From: Eledone cirrhosa
Taxonomy: Eukaryota
NCBI GenBank assembly: GCA_964016885.1
Contig: OZ024744.1
Location: forward strand, 104,470,001-104,534,000
Reading direction: 5' to 3'
DNA: 64,000 bases
The notes under the pieces were generated by a model that saw only the letters and a list, made by a program, of their open reading frames with translations, was not told the DNA's origin and did not search any database. This document shows, in pieces, positions 57,720 to 64,000 of this stretch; the stretch's first letter is position 1, and each line of letters begins with the position of its first letter. The translations under genes and the position numbers were made by a program.

Positions 57720-58512
57720 CAGGGATAAACTGGTCACACACAATGTCAAGCAAATAAAACCTTTTCATTCTAAATAAGGGCAGATTGTATGATGCAATGT
57801 TACATAGCAGCGAGATCTGGGTCTTATGTGCAGAGGAGCTGCAAAGGATGGAAAGAATTGAAGCTGACATACTTCGCTGATGTATAATACTATATATGTG
57901 AAGGACAAAGCATAAATGAACTGAGAGAGAAACTAGGCATAAGAGGAATCAGATGCAGTGTACTAGAGAGGAGATTGCGTTGGTATGGTCATGTGATGCA
58001 TATGAAGGACGACAGCTGTATAAAAAGGTGTAGAGCGATCAAAGTTGACGAAAGCTATGGTATAGGAAGACCCAGAAAGACCCGAGACGAGGTAATAAAA
58101 GCTGACCTTGCACAATTGAACCTCTCTAAGACAATGACACAGGATCGATATCTTTGGAGTTATGCATGGGTTGAAGCATGCATCTAGTATGCACCCCTTT
58201 AACCTTACCCCCTCCATCTATACACTTCCCACACTAACACATCCCTTCACCCCACACTCACACCCCTGATCTCCAGTACCCCAGTCCGGACTGTAAAGTG
58301 GTTGTGTAGGTGTCACAACAAAAGCCACCCAGCACACACTGTAAATGTGGTTAGCGTTAGGAAGGTATCCGGTTGTAGAAACCATGCCAGAAACAGTTCT
58401 GTATGAGCAAGACACAGTCACCTGACCTGGCTTGTCTCACAACAGGACAGCTGTCTAACCCATGCTAGCATGGATGTTAAATGGTGATGATGATGATGAT
58501 GATGATGATGAA
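57720..58512 (+). mobile_element. 3' part of a second, decayed RTE-clade LINE with 3' UTR and (GAT)n tail
   Basis: Translation MLHSSEIW...ELREKLGI...RRLRWYGHVM...GRPRKTRDEVIKADL is typical of the RTE C-terminus. It is followed by GTTAGCGTTAGGAAGGTATCCGGTTGTAGAAACC...GCATGGATGTTAAATGGT(GAT)n. Confidence 0.85.
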
Positions 58513-58719
58513 TGCCGACATAATTTTCCTCTACATTTTTCCATGCTGTCGTAGATTGGGCAGAATATGCCCAACACTGAGAGAGAGGCTGATCATAGAT
58601 AAGATGACTGTACACGTGTTGCATACAGCGTGAATGGACGACACCTGCTGAAGAAATCAGGTGACATGTCAGGTGTTGTTGATAGTGGAAAGTTCACATG
58701 ATAGAAGACATGAGATGAA

Positions 58720-60425
58720 GTGGTCAGGTGGTGTGGTGGTCAGGTGGTAGTAGTGGTGAAGTGGCGGTAGTGGTGAGGTGGTGGTAGAGGTAGTGGTGGT
58801 GAGGTGGTGGTAGTGGTGAGGTGGTGGTAGTGGTGAGGTGGTGGTAGTAGTGAGGTGGTGGTAGTAGTGAGGTGGTGGTGGTAGTAGTGAGGTGGTGGTA
58901 GTGGTGGTGAGGCGGTGGTAGTGGTGAGGCGGTGGTAGTGGTGAGGTGGTGGTTTGGGTGTGGTGAAGTGGTGGTAGACCTAGTGGTGGTGAGATGGTGG
59001 TAGTGGTGAGGTGGTGGTAGTGGTGAGGTGGTGGTAGTGGTGAGGTGGTGGTAGTAGTGAGGTGGTGGTAGTAGTGAGGTGGTGGTAGTGGTGGTGAGGC
59101 GGTGGTAGTGGTGAGGTGGTGGTAGTGGTGAGGTGGTGGTAATGGTGAGGTGGTGGTAGTGGTGAGGTGGTGGTAGTAGTGAGGTGGTGGTAGTAGTGAG
59201 GTGGTGGTAATGGTGGTGAGGCGGTGGTAGTGGTGGTGAGGCGGTGGTAGTGGTGAGGCGGTGGTAGTGGTGAGGTGGTGGTAGTGGTGAGGTGGTGGTA
59301 CTGGTGAGGTGGCGGTAGTGGTGAGGTGGTGATAGTGGTGAGGTGGTGGTAGTGGTGAGGTGGTGGTAGTGGTGAGGTGGTGGTAGTAGTGAGGTGGTGG
59401 TAGTAGTGAGGTGGTGGTAGTAGTGAGGTGGTGGTAGTGGTGAGGTGGTGGTAGTGGTGAGGTGGTGGTAATAGTGAGGTGGTGGTAGTAGTGAGGTGGT
59501 GGTAGTAGTGAGGTGGTGGTGGTAGTAGTGAGGTGGTGGTGGTAGTAGTGTGAGGTGGTGGTAGTGGTGGTGAGGCGGTGGTAGTGGTGAGGCGGTGGTA
59601 GTGGTGAGGTGGTGGTTGGTAGTGGTGAAGTGGTGGTAGAGCTAGTGGTGGTGAGATGGTGGTAGTGGTGAGGTGGTGGTAGTGGTGAGGTGGTGGTAGT
59701 GGTGAGGTGGTGGTAGTAGTGAGGTGGTGGTAGTAGTGAGGTGGTGGTAGTGGTGGTGAGGCGGTGGTAGTGGTGAGGTGGTGGTAGTGGTGAGGTGGTG
59801 GTAATGGTGAGGTGGTGGTAGTGGTGAGGTGGTGGTAGTAGTGAGGTGGTGGTAGTAGTGAGGTGGTGGTAGTAGTGAGGTGGTGGTAATGGTGGTGAGG
59901 CGGTGGTAGTGGTGAGGCGGTGGTAGTGGTGAGGTGGTGGTAGTGGTGAGGTGGTGGTAGTGGTGAGGTGGCGGTAGTGGTGAGGTGGTGATAGTGGTGA
60001 GGTGGTGGTAGTGGTGAGGTGGCGGTAGTGGTGAGGTGGTGATAGTGGTAGTGGTGGTGAGGTGGTGGTAGTGGTGAAGCAGTGGTAGTGGTGAGGTGGT
60101 GGTAGTGGTGAGGCGGTGGTTGTGGTGAGGCGGTGGTGGTGAAGTGGTGAGGCAGTGGTAGTGGTATGGTAGTGAGATGGTGGTAGTGGTGAGGTGGTGG
60201 TAGTGGTGAGGCGGTAGTGGTGGTGAGGTGGTAGTAGTGGTGAGGCGGTGGTAGTGGTGAGGTGGTGGTAGTGGTGAGGCGGTGGTAGTGGTGAGGTGGT
60301 GGTAGTGGTGAGGCGGTGGTAGTGGTGAGGCGGTGGTAGTGGTGAGGTGGTGGTAGTAGTGGTCAGGTGGTGTGGTACTAGAGGTCAGGTGGTGTGGTGG
60401 TGGTGGTAGTAGTGGTTTGGTGGTG
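58720..60425. repeat. G/T-rich minisatellite, 17-bp unit GAGGTGGTGGTAGTGGT with an internal ~660-bp duplication
   Basis: (GGT)n-derived units. The marker TAGTGGTGGTGAGATGG occurs at 58981 and 59643. Confidence 0.95.
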
Positions 60426-60607
60426 TGTAGAAAAGTTTGAAGATAAAATTCATCTCTGTGATATTTGAAGTGAGACAGCAGAGATCTGGGAGAAAAACTG
60501 GGGTATTTAATCCAGTGCCCTAATGACAACTTATTTACAACCCTAATCTTAATTAATTATTAATTAATTGAGATTGGGATAAAAATATTATCAAATTTTA
60601 ATTATAA

Positions 60608-60827
60608 CCCTTTAGCATTTAAACTGGCTGTATCTGGCCAGAATTCTCTCACCTCTTTCTGTTCAAACCAGCTGTAACTTGCCACTCTTACTGATGTTAA
60701 GGTATTTTTCTCAAAATAAATAACATCAAAATCTCATAGATTCAATATTACGTGAAATAATTATGTAAGATAAAGCCTTTATCATGAAAATACAATAGTA
60801 AATATAGAACACTGTAAATACTAAAGG
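60608..60827 (+). mobile_element. piggyBac-type MITE
   Basis: CCCTTTAGCATTTAAA...TAAATACTAAAGG termini and the family internal sequence. Confidence 0.88.
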
Positions 60828-60832
60828 TTCAA

Positions 60833-61049
60833 CCCTTTAGTATTTACATTACTCTATATTTACTATTGTATTTTCACAGTAAAGGTTTTATCTTACATAA
60901 TTATCTCACGTAATATCGAATCTATGAGATTTTGATGTTATTTATTTTTAGAACAATACCTTAACATCAGTATGAGTGGAAAGTTATGGTTTGAACAGAA
61001 AAAGATGAGAGTATTCTGGTTAGATATGGTCAGTTTAAATGCTAAAGGG
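60833..61049 (-). mobile_element. piggyBac-type MITE, inverted relative to the adjacent copy
   Basis: CCCTTTAGTATTTACA...TTTAAATGCTAAAGGG-TTAA. The body is the reverse complement of 60608-60827, with divergence. Confidence 0.88.
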
Positions 61050-61070
61050 TTAAAGAATAGAAAACATTAC

Positions 61071-61262
61071 CTTGTGCGATTTCTCTTCCTTTGATGTTGC
61101 TAGCCATTTCTTTCACATTGGAATTCATTCTTAACATTCTTTTTGGTTATCATTTTAAAATTGTTTTGAAAGAAATCTGAAGGAAATTTATTCTGCTGTA
61201 AATAATTAAGAACTGTCCACTCCATGACATTATCCATTTTCTCAGTAGAGAAATAGTTTGGT
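61071..61262 (-). other. Candidate upstream, probably 5' UTR, exon of the Kelch-like gene
   Basis: Strong acceptor CTTCTCTTTTGTCTCTTACAG and donor AAG|GTAATG around 192 nt of unique sequence on the gene strand. There is no transcript evidence. Confidence 0.4.
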
Positions 61263-61850
61263 CTGTAAGAGACAAAAGAGAAGCATTAATGAAAAAGATC
61301 ATATAATAAATATAAGATTTTTTTATAATAAAAACAAACATTAACTGAAAGTAAAAGTAAAACTCCACCCACATGAAACTATCATCATCATCATCATCAT
61401 CATCATGAAACTACTATGTGGATATAGCTCTACTTATAATGAAGAAGAGGCCTGGAGAGGGATGACCTCTGCCAGGCTTAAAAAATACCCACAAAATGCT
61501 GTATGTCAATATGGCACCCCTATGACTACCAGGAGTTACAGGATCATTCATACATAATTAAGATAGAAAACTTAACAATTGTTCACCTATGAAACATCAC
61601 TCTGCTGTGTGCCCATATAAACTTCATTTTCATAGTTATCTTGTGGGCCTGAGTTCACACACATTCACATAAACCCAGACATACACACACACACACACAT
61701 CTATATATATATATATATATATATGTAGGAGGTGAGTTTTATTGTAGTACAATAAAGCAATGCAGATATCAGATAAGAAGCACTCTACAGTTTGTAGGAC
61801 TGGAGTATGCATAATATATAAGATCAAAAGATGGTTAAAGGAGTTTCATG

Positions 61851-61921
61851 TATTTTATTATGCGCATTTCAAAAACAAACATCATCATGCAATAACATTT
61901 GTGTTTTCATCAGATAAAACA
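61851..61921 (-). ncRNA. Minimal type I hammerhead ribozyme (minus-strand copy)
   Basis: Exact reverse complement of 62067-62137. Confidence 0.75.
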
Positions 61922-62066
61922 GGAGAACATGATATGAAGGCTAAAAAACACTTGTGAATAGTGCAGTTTTAAATCAACATATCATATTGCTGATTTAACA
62001 TATGATTATGTTGATTTAAAACTGCACTATCCACAAGTGTTTTTTAGCCTTCATATCATGTTCTCC

Positions 62067-62137
62067 TGTTTTATCTGATGAAAACACAAATGTTATTGCA
62101 TGATGATGTTTGTTTTTGAAATGCGCATAATAAAATA
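62067..62137 (+). ncRNA. Minimal type I hammerhead ribozyme
   Basis: Stem I TGTTTTAT/ATAAAATA. Core CTGATGA at 62075-62081. A 36-nt stem II hairpin with G-U pairs and one mismatch. GAAA at 62118-62121. Palindromic stem III A-TGCGCA-T. Cleavage triplet AUA, with the predicted cut after 62129. Confidence 0.78.
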
Positions 62138-62167
62138 CATGGAACTCCTTTAACCATCTTTTGATCT

Positions 62168-62219
<52 letters not shown>

Positions 62220-62221
<2 letters not shown>

Positions 62222-62436
62222 TCATCATCATCATTTCATTTTACGTCCGCTTTTTCCCTGTTTGCAAGGGTGGGACGGAAACTGATGCTGGCTTGATTTC
62301 TACAGCTGAGTAAACTGGAGCAATGTGAAATAGAATGTCTTACTCAAGGAAACAACACATCACCCGGTCTGAGAATTGAACTCACAACCTTTCGATTGCA
62401 AGGCCAATGCTCTAACCACTAAGCCATGTGCCTCCA
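62220..62436 (-). mobile_element. tRNA-derived SINE (family B), short, with (GAT)n tail, inserted in (TA)n
   Basis: The minus strand reads TGGAGGCACATGGCTTAGTGG (A box), GAGTTCAATTC (B box), CTTGAGTAAGACATT, then GCGGACGTAAAATG(ATG)n. TA runs lie on both sides. Confidence 0.85.
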
Positions 62437-62630
62437 TATATATATATATACACAGTTCAAGAGTAACCAATCTTAAAGAGAGAGATTGAGATAGTAGAGG
62501 AGATAGGAGAGGAAAGATTGGTGAGTTAGTTAGAAGCCAAAGCGTAAAGGCATGTGCTCAATGTGCAATATGCAGTAGAAAGCAGCTAGGTGGCTGGGTT
62601 CATGCAGAGGTTAGGTGCGCAGAGCTGGAA

Positions 62631-62879
62631 ATATTCATTAGTTAAGCAAAACAAGACCACAAATTTCACAAGGAAGACATTATTAAAAGATTGTCAACAT
62701 ATTTAGTTTGATGTAAGGAATGTAGAGAATAATAATAATAATAATATTAATAATAATAATTATTATTAATATTATTATTATTCTCTACATTCCTTACATC
62801 AAACTAAATATGTTGACAATCTTTTAATAATGTCTTCCTTGTGAAATTAGTGGTCTTGTTTTGCTTAACTAATGAATAT
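62631..62879. repeat. Near-perfect ~250-bp palindrome centred on (AAT)n/(ATT)n
   Basis: ATATTCATTAGTTAAGCAAAACAAGACCAC... is mirrored by ...GTGGTCTTGTTTTGCTTAACTAATGAATAT, with about one mismatch outside the microsatellite centre. Confidence 0.95.
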
Positions 62880-63210
62880 CATCATCATCATCAACATTTA
62901 ACGTCCGTGTTCCACGCTTGCATGGGTTTGGACAGGGGTTTTCCCACTTGAGGCAAGAGTGGTTGTCTTGCTCGCATAGGACTGTCTGGCAGGTTTTCTA
63001 CAGCTGGATGCCCTTCCTAACACCAACCACATTTACAGTGTGGGGCTGGGAGGTTTTTACCGTGTTGCCTACACGGCCACATTACAGCGTGGACTGTCTG
63101 GTGGGTTTTCTACAGCTGGATGCCCTTCCTAACACCAACCACATTTACAGTGTGGGGCTGGGAGGTTTTTACCGTGTTGCCTACACGGCCACATTTACAG
63201 CGTGGACTGT
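62880..63210 (-). mobile_element. SINE/RTE 3' tail fragment containing a 112-113-bp tandem duplication
   Basis: (CAT)n-AACATTTAACGTCCG tail. The GGACTGT unit starts at 62979, 63091 and 63204. Confidence 0.8.
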
Positions 63211-63285
63211 GTGTTTTTTTTGTCGTGACACCTACACGATCTCATTTGTTTCGGCCTGGATGTTGTGGCACCAACATAACTTTAC

Positions 63286-63397
63286 ATTGCTGGTACTTAT
63301 TTTCAGCTGAGTATAATGGAGCAATGTGAAATGAAGTGTTTTGCTCAAGAACACAACACACAACCCAGCCCAGGAATCAAACACATGACATTATGAT

Positions 63398-63403
<6 letters not shown>
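63286..63403 (-). repeat. 118-bp inverted copy of part of the neighbouring SINE (63542-63659)
   Basis: The reverse complement matches with 2 mismatches and ends at a (TA)n run. Confidence 0.92.
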
Positions 63404-63430
<27 letters not shown>

Positions 63431-63507
63431 GGTGGATAGATGAGATGTTACTGGTTACGACCAGTAAGGCCATTATTCAACTTAGTACTCTGTACTTAAG
63501 GGAAGTA

Positions 63508-63792
63508 GTAGATATGCGTGGCCTAGTGGTAAGGGTGTTGGAATATAATCATAATGTCATGTGTTTGATTCCTGGGCTGGGTCGTGTGTTGTTTTCTTGA
63601 GCAAAACACTTCATTTCACATTGCTCCATTATACTCAGCTGAAAATAAGTACCAGCAATAGCTGGAAGTTTAACCCTGCAATGGTCTGGCATCATGTCCA
63701 GGATGGAGTCTTGTACTCTCAGTTACTTAACACCACAGAAACCAGTACAAAAACCAACCTGATGAGCTTCTGGGCTTGAGACAGACTTTAGA
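63508..63792 (+). mobile_element. tRNA-derived SINE (family B head, different 3' domain)
   Basis: A box TGGCCTAGTGG and B-box-like GTTTGATTCC, CTTGAGCAAAACACTT body, then an ACCCTGCAATGGTCTGGCATCATGTCCAGG domain reminiscent of V/Meta-type SINE cores. The family assignment is uncertain. Confidence 0.8.
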
Positions 63793-63797
63793 CTTAA

Positions 63798-64000
63798 CCC
63801 TTTAGCATTTAAATTACTCTATATTTACTATTGTATTTTTGTGGTAAAGGCTTTATCTCACATAATTACCTATGAGATTTTGATGTTATTTATTTTGAGA
63901 ACAATACCTTAACATAAGTATGAGTGGCCACCAGTTACAGCCAGTTTGAGCAGAGAGAGGTGAGAGAATTCTGGCCAGATACGGCCAGCTTAAATGCTAA
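63798..64000 (-). mobile_element. piggyBac-type MITE, cut by the window edge within its second TIR
   Basis: Starts TTAA-CCCTTTAGCATTTAAA, has the family body in reverse orientation and ends ...TTAAATGCTAA. Confidence 0.88.

Larger units (their letters stand above)
61811..62175. mobile_element. Near-perfect ~365-bp palindrome, probable Penelope-like element pseudo-LTR in inverted arrangement
   Basis: Arms of about 175 bp differ by only about 2 substitutions and small indels, with a ~12-nt loop. Each arm contains a hammerhead fold with an overlapping AATAAA. TA microsatellites flank the unit. The palindrome is certain, while the PLE assignment is inference. Confidence 0.7.

Noticed and set aside
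59642-60529. 295-aa His/Thr/Pro-rich ORF
   Set aside because: It is the reverse translation of the GGT-rich repeat, and the 17-bp unit cycles through frames.
62365-62436. tRNA-like sequences with A and B boxes (also 41276, 48537, 63510)
   Set aside because: These are SINE heads continuing into SINE bodies, with no convincing intact cloverleaf.

Overview
This is AT-rich animal genomic DNA. The tRNA-derived SINE family, the RTE LINEs with (GAT)n tails and the TTAA-CCCTTTAG MITEs match what I recall from Octopus/cephalopod genomes, but the taxon is an inference. About 70% of the window is tandem repeat: large satellites of 25 bp (1-18.6 kb, with a 2-3 kb higher-order structure), 47 bp (18.75-30.3 kb) and 29 bp (50.5-57.4 kb), plus smaller 51, ~36, 42, 60, 37 and 17 bp arrays. 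One real protein-coding gene is supported, a minus-strand BTB-BACK-Kelch gene (KLHL9/13/26/36-like) with coding exons 50207-50342 and 41888-43533, giving about 593 aa. Other elements are a decayed RTE-clade LINE with further fragments, many SINEs and at least five copies of a piggyBac-type MITE. The most notable signal is a near-perfect ~365-bp palindrome (61811-62175) between TA microsatellites. Each arm carries a complete minimal type I hammerhead ribozyme fold, and on either strand the ribozyme is transcribed after its own antisense copy. The palindrome is one of four long inverted repeats within about 3 kb. One MITE copy has also grown a 26 x 60-bp minisatellite between its termini. Nearly all ORFs in the supplied track are repeat artefacts. 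All coordinates were read by eye and may be off by a few bases.
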